A stretch of 64,000 nucleotides of DNA from Octopus vulgaris (GCA_951406725.2 OX597825.1:70804001-70868000); one strand, 5' to 3'; shown: positions 1 to 12,427, counted from the first letter of the stretch. Notes: a model not told the origin generated them from the sequence alone. Translations and numbers: made by a program.

Positions 1-159
1 AAAAAAAACACAGTAAGTTTCCTATCAATGGTGTATATACATTAAAGCCTGCTACTTAGTTTATTGGTCTCTTTTTCTGAACTGCTAAGTTACAGGTGGT
101 TAAACAAACAACACCAATCATCAACTGTTGGATGAATGGGGGAACACAGACACAAATAG

Positions 160-520
160 ATCAGAGCGGCCAACTGGCTTCTGTGCCGGTGGCACGTAAA
201 AGGGCACCATTCAAACGTGATCGTTACCAACATCACCTTACTAGCACCTGTGCTGGTGACATGTGTAAAAAAATTCGAGCGAGGTCATTGCCAGTACCGC
301 CTGACTGGCCCCTGTGCCAGTGACACATAAAAAGCACCCACTACACTCTTGAAGTGGTTGGCCTTAGGAAGGGCATCCAGCTGTAGAAACCCTGCCAGAT
401 CAAGATTGGAACCTGGTGCAGTCATCTGGTTCGCCAGCCCTCAGTCAAAATCGTCCAACCCATGCCAACCCATGCTAGCATGGAAAGATGATGATAAACG
501 ATGATGATGATGATGATGAT
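160..520 (+). mobile_element. SINE/retroposon family B ((GAT)n tail; GGAAGGGCATCCAGCTGTAGAAAC core)
   Basis: Recurs at 13110-13360, 15825-16020 (-), 27607-27880 (-), 30810-30975, 31010-31328 (-), 37267-37520 (-), 39468-39808, 43260-43580, 44612-44893 (-), 46870-47310 and 50055-50370. Confidence 0.8.
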
Positions 521-929
521 CTATACACACGACAGGCTTCTTTCAATTTCCGTCCACCAAAAACTACTTACAAGGCTTTGGCTGGCCCTGGTTATAGTGA
601 GAAGACACTTGCCTAAGGTGCCACACAGTGGGGTTGAATTCAAGATCATGTGGTTACAAAACAAGCTTCTGAACCACACAGCCATGTCTTCATGTTCATT
701 ATAGAGAATATTTTTGGTAGCATTTGACCATAATTCTACTAAATCAGAACTGACCTTTGGCTAAACAACAATAGTACTGCATATCATGGTGTGTGTAGAT
801 AAACACAATATGAGGAGATTAAACATTGATGCCAGCAGCTGGATCACAGAAGCACAGCACAGAAACCAGTAGAAGAGGGCAATCCACTTCTGGCTACAGA
901 TGTGGATAGCCATGAAAGATACTTACAGC

Positions 930-951
930 TGATGATGACAATGATGATGAC

Positions 952-989
<38 letters not shown>

Positions 990-1095
990 CGATGACGATG
1001 ATGATGATGACGATGATGACGACGATGATGACGATGATGATGACGATGATGATGACGATGACGACGACGACGACGATGACGATGACGATGATGAT
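930..1095. repeat. (GAT/GAC)n trinucleotide tract
   Basis: Seen directly. One of many microsatellites, e.g. (CA)n 10545-10636 and 15564-15671, (TG)n 22449-22559, mixed TG/AG 32545-33020, (TA)n 47905-48035. Confidence 0.95.
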
Positions 1096-1740
1096 GTATG
1101 TGTGTGTAAAAGATATACATATATTAAATGGCTAGCATGACTCTTATAATATGTAATAACTGTTTCTAACATAAGTTCAAGGCCTGAAGTTTGGGAGTAG
1201 GTTGTGGGTAGGGGGGTGGGGGATTGCTGATTACATTGACACCAGTAATTGGTGTTCTTGGTTTATCAGCCCAAATGGGGATGCAATGCAAAGTTGACCT
1301 CAGCTGAATAAGAACCCAAGAAATACTACTAAGCAGGTGTTCCACCACTCCTAACAATTCTGTTATTTTGCCACTTTAAACTCATTCTCTCTCTCCCTCT
1401 CTCTCTCACAAACACACACACACATGAAGATGTATGGCCTAGTGGTCAGGGTATTGCGCTCACAGTCACTAGATCACAGGTTCAATTCCTGGGCCAAGTG
1501 GTGCATTGTGTTCTCAAGCGAAACACTTCATTTCACATTAGTCCAGTCTACTCAGCTGCAAATGGGTAACCCTACAACAGATGAGCCTTCCAATCAAGGG
1601 GAATGTTGGCCTGGTCCCCTAGCCAGCTGGGTGGTCTCATTCAAAAGCTAAAACAATGTGAAGCCCATTGTGACCCTCAATATATAACATTCAACAGTGT
1701 GATCAATACCATGATATATACATATATATTTATTTATAAG

Positions 1741-1921
1741 AGTAGGAGTGGCTGTGTGGTAAGTAGCTTGCTTACGAACTACATGGTTCCGGGTTCAGTC
1801 CCACTGCTTGGCACCTTGGGCAAGTGTCTTCTATTATAGTCCCGGGCGAACCAAAGCCTTATGAGTGGATCTGGTAGACGGAAACTGAAAGAAGCCCATC
1901 ATATATATGTATATATATATT

Positions 1922-1991
<70 letters not shown>

Positions 1992-2226
1992 TGCGTGTGT
2001 ATGTATGTATGTATATGTTTGTGTCTGTGATTGTCCCCCACAACATTGCTTGACAACCGATGCTGGTGTGTTTACATCTCCGTAACTTAGCGGTTTGGCA
2101 AAAGAGACCGATAGTATAAGTACTAGGCTTACAAAGAATAAGTCCTGGGGTCGATTTGCTCGACTAAAGGCGGTGCTCCAGCATGGCCACAGTCAAATGA
2201 CTGAAACAAGTAAAAGAGAAAGAGAG
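1741..2226 (+). mobile_element. SINE family A (GGAGTGGCTGTGTGGTAAG head, internal TA/TG microsatellite, GACTGAAACAAGTAAAAGAG tail)
   Basis: Same sequence recurs throughout the window; B-box-like GGTTCAGTCC. Confidence 0.85.
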
Positions 2227-3419
2227 TATATATATATATACATGCAATGGGGCTTCGCACAGTTTCCATTTACCAAGTTAGCCAATCTCAAAACTAAGCG
2301 ATTGCAAAGTAAACTTAACCGTATGATCTAGAGGTGCTGAAGCTGAAAATAAACTCTGTTAATGTCCTCAGTGTGGAAGATATTAGCCTGAACATCAACC
2401 ACATCAATGTTACCAGTATGGGAGAAGTAGTGGCATAGCTTAAATTTGTGCTGCTTAGGATGGGCCTTGACTTTGCCATTCTTTTGCCATGGAAAACAGA
2501 ATAAAAATACATAAAGTACCTCCTCTAAGAAATGGTGCCCAAAGCAGATTGGCTCAACTCTGTGCACCCTCTGAGCTATGCTATTGTGGCAAAAAAAAAA
2601 ACGGATGTGAATACTGACCACATCGCTACCACTAATGTAGGAACAAGGCTAGCAAATGCCACAGGCGTTTCGTTATCATCAAATGTGTGACTAATTAAAA
2701 AACACACATGTATGCACACACATTGATCATTTTATTCTGCTCTTTATGTCTAAATATCAAAAAGCCTCATCACTAGCTATTACAATGTAAATTAAATTAT
2801 TAATTATTTATCGTACAAAAAGTTTTGAATTTTCAATGAAAACTAGAATATCATTATTAAAATGGAGAGAGAGGGAGAGACAAAAAAAAATCAGGGGAAA
2901 AAAAAACTGACCCTGTAAAGGGACTACTTATTGAATAATAATCAAAGAAAATATTTTTTTGAAAAAAAACAAAAAAAAAGCAAAAAAAAAAATACACAAA
3001 AAGGATAATTTTATAATTAATCAGATGAATTAAACTGAATCATAGTGAATAGATTCACAACCTAGCCAAGATGTCCAACTGTTACAACAAAACTAAGACA
3101 CCAAAGAGGAAGTTCTGGGAGCAACCGATCAATACAGATCTATTTCATGCAATTCTGATCAATAAAATTTACTGTCGGACTTTCTCTCACCAAGTACATC
3201 AAAATAAAAAAAAATTAAAAAATGGGGAGTAAGTTGGGCTCCAGGAACCTCATCATCATCATCATCATCATTTCCCGTCTGTTTTCCATGATGGCATGGC
3301 TCAACAGCAGCTGAGAAACCAGAAGACTGCATCAAGGTCCAATGTCTGCTTTGGCATGATTTCTGCTTCTACAAGTGGATGCCCTTTCATATATGTCAAT
3401 GTAGTTGAACTTATCCCAT

Positions 3420-3716
3420 GGCACATGGCCTAGTGGTTAGAGCAGCGGACTCGTGGTCAAGGGATCGCAGGTTCGAATCTCAGACCGGGCGATGTGTGTG
3501 ATTATGAGCGAAACACCTAAGCTACACGCAGCTCCAGCAGAAGGTAATGGCGAAACTTCTGCTGACTCTTTTGCCACAACTTTCTCTCACTCTTTCCTCC
3601 TGCATCTTGCAGCTCACCTGTGACAGACTGGCGTCCCGTCCAGGTGGGGAACCTATATGCCAAGAAACCAGGAAACCAGCCCTTATGCGCCAGGCATGGC
3701 TCGAGAAGGAACAACC
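3420..3716 (+). mobile_element. tRNA-derived SINE, full length
   Basis: Pol III A box TGGCCTAGTGG and B box GGTTCGAATC. 12-bp TSD AACTTATCCCAT at 3408-3419 and 3717-3728. Confidence 0.9.
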
Positions 3717-5336
3717 AACTTATCCCATAACTTGGCCATGTGGTTGAGAAGATAGCTCTTCACTAATCCTGGGGGCCACTGGATAAATGTCTTGTAGTAC
3801 AGCTCTGGGTCAAATCAAACTATGTGAAAGAAATTAGGCAGAAGGAAACCATCAGACAGATGGATTGTATCTCTTCTTAGTTGCTAAACTTCAGCTGCCT
3901 CCTACTTTAATACCAGGTACCTGGCCTCATCACTGTCATTGTTTTTAATGCCTACTATTCTATGATTTCATAAACCAGATGAAATTCATCAAGGAAGATC
4001 TTTTATTTATGGCTGGATGCTCTCGCTGTCACCAACCCTTTCGTGTTTCCATGCAAGGTAATATTTTTCCTTAGTCCTTTGAACATGAACAACACACTGG
4101 CCGGACATGTTTCCACAGAAGACCGCAAACAAACGGCACCAATTGTATCATGGTGACATTTGATTACAATTAACGCAACATGTCAAAACAAGAACACACA
4201 CACACACATAAATATGACAGGCTTCTTTCAGTTTCTGCCTACTAAATTCACTCACAAGGTTTTTGTTGACCTGGAGCTATAATAGAAAACACTTGCCTAA
4301 GGGGTCCACACAATGGGACTGAACCCAAAACCATAAGATTGCAAAGCGAACCTCTTAACTGTACAGCCATGACTGCACTTATTAGGATAATACAATGTTT
4401 TGGTGTGCTACTTCTTAATTAGTGACCTCTGAATTATGTTTTCTTCTTCTCTTTCCAACCCATCGGTGTTAGTGGCCCTACATTAGACAGAGTACATTGA
4501 CCTTTCATCTCTAAATAAATCATAAAAATGAGATCAACAAATTTCATGTGAATTACAAAGAGCTCTTGTTTCTAGCCATGACTTCACTTGCCTAGGATAT
4601 GTATTCACAAGTAGGTGGAGGAAACCTGTGAAAATTTTAGAGTTTTTAGCCAGGGAAACAATGCAACTGCCAACGGATGCAAACTGTGAATTGTTTGAGT
4701 GGGAGGACATCAGCTGATTAATTTGGACAGCTGTAGCCTTTGTTTCAGGACAAAACATACGAAACAGGAAACTGAAAGAAGAGTTTTGTTTGATTCAACA
4801 ATTAACCATATATAATTAATTCCCATGTTTAAAATATGTTAAATGGGTATATTCAAAATGTTCTACAAGTCAAAGAACAGTTGTAACAATGACAGGAATA
4901 AAAAAAAAAGAAAGAATCTACACAGTAATCAATTAGAACTCTTTTGTAGCCATATTCCTATTGAGAAACACTATATACGATTTCAATTAGTTTTGAAAAT
5001 AATCAAGCATTTGGAGGGATTCAGCAAAATAATTAACTTCTTTATAAAGCGTGTAATTATACAACTAGATAGAAGATATTTACTGCATTTTCCGGTATAG
5101 AAGTCAAATTTTTCAGATCAAAATTTATAGTTTAAAAAGAGATAGGTTGACCCATTCACCAAAATGACTTTAGTAGACCAAAAACTTCATATAAAATGCC
5201 AAAGGATTTGGAAAGCTAGTGATGATGTTTGCAAGTTCACAATCTATTTTTTCTCTATATACTAAGTCGACTTGTATGCCAGAAAAAAAAACAACAAAAA
5301 AAAAAGTAGATAAAATTATAGAAAGATAAAATTATA

Positions 5337-5745
5337 GGTGTAGGAGTGGCTGTGTGGTAAGTAGCTTGCTTACGAACCACATGGTAACGGGTTCAGTCCC
5401 ACTGTGTAGCACCTTGTGCAAGTGTCTTCTACTATGGCCTCAGGCCGACCAAAGCCTTGTGAGTGGATTTGGTAGACAGAAACTGAAAGAAGCCTGTCGT
5501 ATATATGTATATATATATGTGTGTGCGTGTGTATATTTGTGTGTTTGTCCCCCACAACATCACTTGACAACCGATGCTGGTGTGTTTATGTCCCCGTAAC
5601 CTAGCGGTTCAGCAAAAGAGACCGATAGAATAAGTACTAGGCTTCCAAAGAATAAGTCCTGGGTCGATTTGCTTGACTAAAGGTGGTGCTCCAGCATGGC
5701 CACAGTCAAATGACTGAAACAAGTAAAAGAGAAAGAGAAAGAGAA
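5337..5745 (+). mobile_element. SINE family A
   Basis: Full-length match to 1741-2226. Confidence 0.85.
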
Positions 5746-6234
5746 ACAGGTTTCATTTCAAAACGAGGGTGTTTGTTGTATGCTTGTCATTGCTTGACTC
5801 TGATCAAAAAGGCTTTTTATAAAAAAGCGTTCCGACTTTGACTGTCCTTTATTCAGAACTGCATTCAAGACCATTTTATCTGATAGAAATCTGGCTTCTC
5901 CTCCTAATAGGACAAGCAATTATCTAGAGCAGTTGTGTTTCACTTGTGTGCCTTGAGTCGTGACTAGCTGTGTTTACCCCTTCTGCTCTGAACAATAAAT
6001 GAAGAAACAGAAATAACACGTCTTAATGAGACACATTACCTTAAGAAATGAATAACTTAAAACTTGAATTTAGCCATTAACCGCTTCAACAACTTATCAG
6101 AAGACAACAGTTTAAATGTTATGGCCCATGCATGGTTTTGAAAAGGTTATTATTTCACAGGAAACTTCTGAGATTCACTGTGGTAGTAAACAAAAGTAAA
6201 ACCAGTAAAATGTTTATATAAACTGCATATCAAA

Positions 6235-7470
6235 ATAGAACCAGAGGAGGCAGACCAAGACTCATTATATATATGACTGCAAGATCTCTGTTCTTCATCC
6301 AAACTAGAGGAAGCAGGCCTAAATAATATATATAGTTTCAAAAATCTGCTTTATGTCAAACCACAAGAGGCAGGCCCAAATAATCATACGCAAATGCAAA
6401 ATTCCTGCTTTTGTCAAATCAGAGAAGGCAGACCAAAACTAATTATATCATGAAACCAAGAAGTTAAGCCCAAATTATATATATATATATTGTTGCATAA
6501 TCACTGTTCTTTGTCAGAATAAGAGGAGGAGGACCAAAAACTGATTGTCTATATATGGTGGTAAGACTTGAGTTCTTTGTTAGACAAGAGACGACAGACC
6601 AAAAGCATCATTTATGGTTGTGGGTTTCTATTTTGTGCTGAACTAGAAGAGGCAGACAAAAATTAATTCAATTTTGCACATACACACACACACACATCGC
6701 CCAAAGAAATTAATCATGAACATGATCTACCCGATTTCCATGGATACTATGGACTGTACTGTAATCATCCCAGGAATATGGACTATGATCATAAGAGAAA
6801 TGATTTGAAGAAACGCGCATAGAGATGCATTAAAATATTTATAAATTCCATCTAAGGATTGTTGTTGTTGTTGTTGTTGTTATTATTATTATCATCATCA
6901 TTATTGTTGTTATCATTACTACTACTCTGTTTGAAGGTGGTGAGCTGGCAGAATCGTTAGCCGGCCAGGCGAAATACTTAGTGGTATTTCGTCTGTCACA
7001 ATGTTCTGAGTTCAAATTCCGCCAAGGTCGACTTTGACTTTCATCCTTTCGAGGGTCAATAAATTAAGTACCAGTGAAACACTGGAGTTGATGTAATCAA
7101 CCAGTTCCTGCCCCCCAAAATTTCAGGCCTTGTGCCTTTAGTAGAAAGGATTACTTTTACTATATTTATCCTACATTTTATCGGCACAGCTTGTTGTGAC
7201 CCCCAAAAATTGATATTGTCAGTTGGCATCATTAGGCAGTAGCCAGCATAATAGGAGTTTTTACAGGCATAGTCCAAACATTTCCCCCGTAAACGAACTT
7301 GAAGGAAGGAAGGATGCACGCATACACACATATATGGTTGCAAGCTCACTATTCTATGTAAAACCAGAGAAGTCAGACAAAAACCTCATATATGGCAACA
7401 AAGGGTCTATTTTGTGTCACACTAGAGGAGGCAGGCGGCAACATTGTATATGACTGTAAGCTCTATATTC
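6235..7470. repeat. Degenerate ~60-bp tandem repeat in two blocks (6235-6670 and 7325-7470) separated by insertions
   Basis: Recurrent AGAGGAGGCAGACC-like motif at 6243, 6306, 6363, 6421, ~6522, ~6587, ~6645, ~7366 and ~7424. Confidence 0.7.
6935..7152 (+). mobile_element. SINE family C (GAGCTGGCAGAATCGTTAGC...GAGTTCAAATTCCGCC)
   Basis: Recurs at 16025-16185, 19054-19288 (-), 21965-22345 (-), 25100-25670 (-), 35830-36690, 51030-51245 (-), 58155-58350 and 61125-61280 (-). Confidence 0.8.
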
Positions 7471-7939
7471 CCTGTATATCCTTGACCTCCACAGAACACA
7501 CTGAAATATCTACGGAAAGTAAGTGTTCATTATGGAGAAATACTTTTTTTATTTTTAAATCTCAGGCTTAAGGGTACTTAACTAAATACTACAGTGTGAC
7601 CCTGACCTGCCGCTGAAATATATGAGTGAATAAAGCAAGATTTAGAGTACTGATCACGTAACTGGATCATAGTGGCTGCTACACACACAAACAAAACTGG
7701 ACCACATTCAACAAGAGACAATCAGCTGATTAGTGAAGGCCTCAACCACAAACTAACTATAACCATGAACTTGCAAACATTACTGTTCTAGTCTTCTATT
7801 CTTTTTGGTCTCTTCTCCTGTTACAGCACTCCCTGATCATCTAAATGGATTGTTCTCACTCAACCTGCCAGAAATAGCAGCTAAATCTTTCTCATAACAT
7901 ACTATATCTTAAAACAAATGAAGATGTTGAATAATGTAG

Positions 7940-8340
7940 TTTTGGCTCAGTGGTTAGAGCATCAGGCTCACAATCATGAGGTAGTGCATGGCACCTTGGG
8001 CAAGTGTCTTCTACTATAGCCTCGGGCCGACCAAAGCCTTGTGAGTGGATTTGGTAGACAGAAACTGAAAGAAGCCTGTCGTATATATGTATATATATAT
8101 GTATATATGTATGTGTGTGTATATGTTTGTGTGTCTGTGTTTGTCCCCCTAGCATCGCTTGACAACCGATGCTGGTGTGTTTACACCCACGTAACTTAGC
8201 GGTTTGGCAAAAGAGACCAATAGAATAAATACTGGGCTTACAAGGAATAGATCCTGAGATCAATTTGCTCGACTAAAGGCAGTGCTCCAGTATGGCTACT
8301 GTCACATGACTGAAACAAGTAAAAGAGAGTAAAAGAGAGT
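7940..8340 (+). mobile_element. SINE family A body with a different tRNA-like head
   Basis: TGGCTCAGTGGTTAGAGCA head joined to the GGCACCTTGGGCAAGTG... family A body. Confidence 0.75.
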
Positions 8341-8789
8341 ATACAGCTTTGCAATGTTACAGAGCATGCCCCCCTACTACTACTACTACTACAACTACTA
8401 CTACTACTATTACTACTACTAATACTACTACTCCTACAACTACTATAACTCCTACTACTACGACTACTACTACACTTGCAAATCTTTGGAATCATCTCCC
8501 CACCACCATCTTTCCTTTCCAACCAAACACCAGGCAGAACGTTAGCCATAGTAAGTAATCTCAGCTTTTTGAATCTACAAAATATGATAGCCATAGGGAA
8601 GGGAGGATGGAAAAATGTGTAGCTTATAATTTTCTTTTTAATTACACACACATGCATATGCACACATGTGTGAACATGTGTGCATATGTGCACATTGTGG
8701 AAACATGTAAAACATACATGCAGATGCATAAACAAACATAGTTACAGAGAAATGCAAATCAAAACGTTTTACCAAAAACAGAGGACAGG

Positions 8790-9060
8790 CATTATGGAAG
8801 CAAGTTTTAGGACAGAGCAATCAATAATCAATGAAGAGGTCCTTTGACAAGTATAGAGCACCAGAATTGAGATGAGTGGGACACCCTGTTCATATACCCA
8901 ATGCTCAACTTCCTGAAGTTGTCTTTTATTCTCAGTAGTAAACAAAACTCCAATGACCGGGAGGTGAAGGAACAAGAAAATGGTACAGAGCATAGTTCAG
9001 ACATATACTGAAATATAGATGGGAAGAATCACCATAAAGTTGCAACGGCTGGTGCTCAGC
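8790..9060 (-). mobile_element. Possible decayed LINE reverse transcriptase fragment
   Basis: EQGVPLISILVL...IIDCSVLKLA weakly resembles the QGxxLSPxLF...YADD region of RTs. Confidence 0.3.
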
Positions 9061-9075
9061 TACTGCCTATGGTAT

Positions 9076-9112
9076 TACATTTTGATCTTAGCCAAAAGGC
9101 CGAGAAGCGATA
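9076..9112 (-). pseudogene. 3'-truncated U2 snRNA retrocopy
   Basis: The minus strand from 9111 reads ATCGCTTCTCGGCCTTTTGGCTAAGATCAA, the conserved first 30 nt of U2. A degenerate AATGTAATA follows (U2: GTGTAGTA). Direct repeat CTATGGTAT flanks it at 9067-9075 and 9113-9121. Confidence 0.9.
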
Positions 9113-10520
9113 CTATGGTATAAAAACCAAAAATGCACACTGGCCACAAAAATAAACAAACATATAAAAACTGATCTGTACTGCCAAAAATCAGGATTAG
9201 TGAATTGGTTGGCTTAAGGCTATAGCAGAAGACACACGGTCAAGGGGCCACACAATGGGGCTGAACCCAAAACCATTATGTTACAAAATGAGCTTTTTTA
9301 ACTACATGGCCATGGAGTGAATACTTCATATTATAGAGAGAAAAGATCAAAGTTGCACCCAGTGCAATATTGGCACCAGTTAGTGGACCTGATGATGACA
9401 TTAGTCTTGTATGGTTAGACCTGTGTAAGTACTTCCAGAAGTAACCCTACCAACTTTAACACAATCATTCCACCCTAATGGTAAACAGTAAACCCAGTGA
9501 AATATCAACGATTTTTAAATATATAAACTCTACATGTACTGAGTGCTCTTCCATTCATTTGTCATTAAAAACTTGTATACACACACAGACACACACACGT
9601 GTGTGTGTGTGAGAGAGAGAGAAGTTATATGTACAAAAAGAAGAGAACACAGAGACAAGTTTTAACAAATATAGTTTTAGTTTAATGCTTAAAAAAAGGA
9701 GGAAAAGAGTCTTGATATTTCAGACACTAGCTCTTCATCAGAAAAAAATTAAAAGATGTAAAAAGGAGGTAGGAAAAATAAAAAGAGAAATGGTGACAGG
9801 GAAAAAAAAAGTGTTAGAGGTCAGGTTTGAACGTGGTTATATAAGAGATGTTAGGAAGGGAGGAGGAGGAGGCAAAATGGTGTATGTATGTATAAGATTG
9901 TTTTCATATATAGATATGGGTATAGGGAGAGATATGTGTATGAGTGAAAAAGCATTTGAGTTAGTGACAGGAAGAGTACCCAGCTGTAAAACGATGCATC
10001 AATAATATTTACATGTAACCCATGCTAACATGGAAAACAGAGATAGAAAGGAATGAAAAGCATGTAAATGGTAACAAACATGGTGCAAAAGTACTCAATA
10101 CCAAAAATAGAAATGGAATAATTTAATGCAAGTTAACTGGATTCAGTATAAGCTAAAACAAAATTTCCTTCAGTGGCTATTAATACTGGCTTCTCAGTCA
10201 GCTATACTGGAGTTCCAAACAGGCCAAAGAGGAATTGGGAAATAGATACACAGGGAAAAATTACTTTCAACCAATATTGACTCTAGCTAATTGAATTACA
10301 TCACCCTCACCACATACACACACATACACCTCATATATATATATATATATATATATACGTAAAATATATAGGGTGGCAAATATTTTTTTAAATTTCACCA
10401 CCAGTGAAAATTCGAAAATTGCTCTTAAATGTGGTTTTGGTCGTTTTGACTGCTTCTTCTAGCGTGTGTAAAAATTACCTGTTAAAGGTAGTTTTCTCTT
10501 GTGCTTAAATGTACACTATT

Positions 10521-10637
<117 letters not shown>

Positions 10638-10909
10638 ATATTTGAGGGCCCATAAGATATACTGTGTTTTGGGGGTTGTTTTTTTTATAAATGACAAAAT
10701 GAAATCTCACCCCATGACATATACAAAAGCTGGGTCCTGTATTACATGCTTTGATGCATTAAAAACTCTTTTTCCTGAATATGCCCACATATTTTTCATT
10801 CCATCAAATACAACACATACACACACACGCACAAATAGGCCAACATGTGTACCTGTAGAGTGTCGCAAATACTGTAGAAAACAAAAGATAATATTTGTGT
10901 CAGCCTTAC

Positions 10910-11734
10910 CTCAAGCACAGGTCCTGCTCCAAGAATGGTTTGTTCTACCCCAGTAGCATGATTTCCTTTTTGACTTAATGCAGTTAAATGATGAAGAAGT
11001 AAGTTGGTACTTTCCGTTTTCCCTGAGCCCGACTCTCCAGATATCACAATACACTGGTTTTTCCTAGTCCGTAACATTGTGGAAAAAGCAGCATCCGCTA
11101 TAGCAAATATGTGAGGTGGCAAATCTCCCAGCCACTTATACTGATACATTTTAACATATTTGGGGTTGTAAATTGGAAAAAACTTAAATGGATTCACTGC
11201 TATCAAAATTGATCCCACATAGGTGTAGATGTTTCCATTATAAAACCTGGCCCTGATGTTATCTAATAATGTCTTCTCATTCAAATCTGGCAAACTACAC
11301 AAATCCGGGTACTCCTTGTTGCTCGTCGGTTGCTTCAGGAATGTTGTAAGAAAAGTATCGACAGGGCTAGCATGTCTGTTATCTAACCAAGAAAGACTTC
11401 GACTAGAAAAATCAACATCTTTTTTCCTAATATAAAATCGGTAGCCAGTTGTGCCCTGACTCGAATAACTGTCCTCGTTGAGCACTTTGGGCCATAGTAG
11501 CTGGATGCGAACCGGGTTCTCAGTAGCATCCACACATCTTTCTTTGCACAACTGACCACCAGAACAAAAGACCTCGGCAACTTCAAAATTTTCTGGGTTG
11601 CCCAGTTTTAACTTTTTAACAGCCATCTTGATGACGTCGGCCGCCAGGGTGGTTTTCTCTGCCTCCACCGTTATAAAGTCATTTTCGAGGCTCAGCTGCC
11701 CCGTATAGAGGCAAATGCCATGTAGATCCATCAT
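10910..11734 (-). CDS. Myo9: Class IX unconventional myosin, first coding exon (275 codons: RA-like N-terminal extension plus start of motor domain)
   Basis: The translation contains DLCSLPDLNEKTLL, IYTYVGSILIAVNPFKFFPIYNPKYVKMY, PPHIFAIAD, NQCIVISGESGSGKTES (P-loop at 11015-11038) and HHLTALSQKG..GVEQTILGAGPVLE. These closely match MYO9A/B as I recall them. The N-terminus EVAEV..ENPVRIQLLWP..YRFYIRKK resembles the Myo9 RA domain. Similarity stops at a canonical donor GAG|gtaagg (exon ends 10910, phase 0). The next exon (AFGNAKT...) was not seen in 1-10909. Confidence 0.95.
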
Positions 11735-11904
11735 CTGGATGAGTTTCTTCGTTATCTACAAGAGCCGATTTATTTTGTCTTTCCACCGATGAGATGCCAA
11801 AGACATCTTCAAAGGACTCTTTTCATTTGTTTTATCTTGAAATTTAATTACTGACATCATATTTATATTCCTCAAGAATTCCTCGGTGCTTCTTTCATTA
11901 GGAC
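11735..11904 (-). promoter_or_regulatory. 5' UTR part of the Myo9 exon, with splice acceptor and three uORFs
   Basis: Strong minus-strand acceptor gtttgtttctcatcttattttccag|GTCC at 11905/11904. uORFs: 11898-11872 (MKEAPRNS*), 11860-11756 (34 aa, in frame with the CDS) and 11826-11809 (MKRVL*). Confidence 0.7.
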
Positions 11905-12269
11905 CTGGAAAATAAGATGAGAAACAAACTATTAGATACATTGTGTTATGGAAATATATCACATCGTCAAAGTATTTCATTGTATGTCAAATAAAAAACA
12001 ACATTAAAATACAGCCAATAAGTTTTTTTGTGTTTTTTTTTAAATGAAGAAAAAAGATTGGTTGCCATGGCAAAATAAGAACCTTCTCCATGCAATTTTT
12101 TCCTCATTACTCTCTCCAACCTCTTCCAAATCTATTCACTGTAGCCAAAGACACAGCCTCTAACTGGGAAGTGAAATAAGAACTGGGAATTTTGAAAGCC
12201 CCAGCAACTTAAGACAATATAAAAACAGATGTAAATATCACACAGATCTTATTACATAAGTATTTCCTC

Positions 12270-12311
<42 letters not shown>

Positions 12312-12427
12312 GTGTATGTATATATATATATATGCATATATATATGTATATATATGTGTATGCATATATATATGTATATATATGTGTATGTATATATATA
12401 TATCTATCTCTCTCTCTCTCTCTCTCT

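Noticed and set aside
894-1172. Poly-Ser / poly-Met / poly-His ORFs
   Set aside because: Translations of a (GAT/GAC)n microsatellite, with no splice or domain support.
2283-2700. Complex segment with 65- and 97-aa minus-strand ORFs as a possible next myosin exon
   Set aside because: No AFGNAKT/NSSRFGK or other myosin motif; probably an old repeat fragment.
3420-3490. tRNA gene-like sequence (also near 17470, 53530 and 60530)
   Set aside because: These are SINE heads: they continue into SINE bodies, mostly with TSDs, and I could not fold a full cloverleaf.
10796-10909. C-terminal 37 codons of the 312-aa myosin ORF
   Set aside because: Read-through into the intron after the GAG|gtaagg donor; myosin similarity ends at GPVLE.
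11905-11980. N-terminal part of the 74-aa ORF upstream of Myo9
   Set aside because: It lies in the polypyrimidine tract and intron upstream of the acceptor at 11905.
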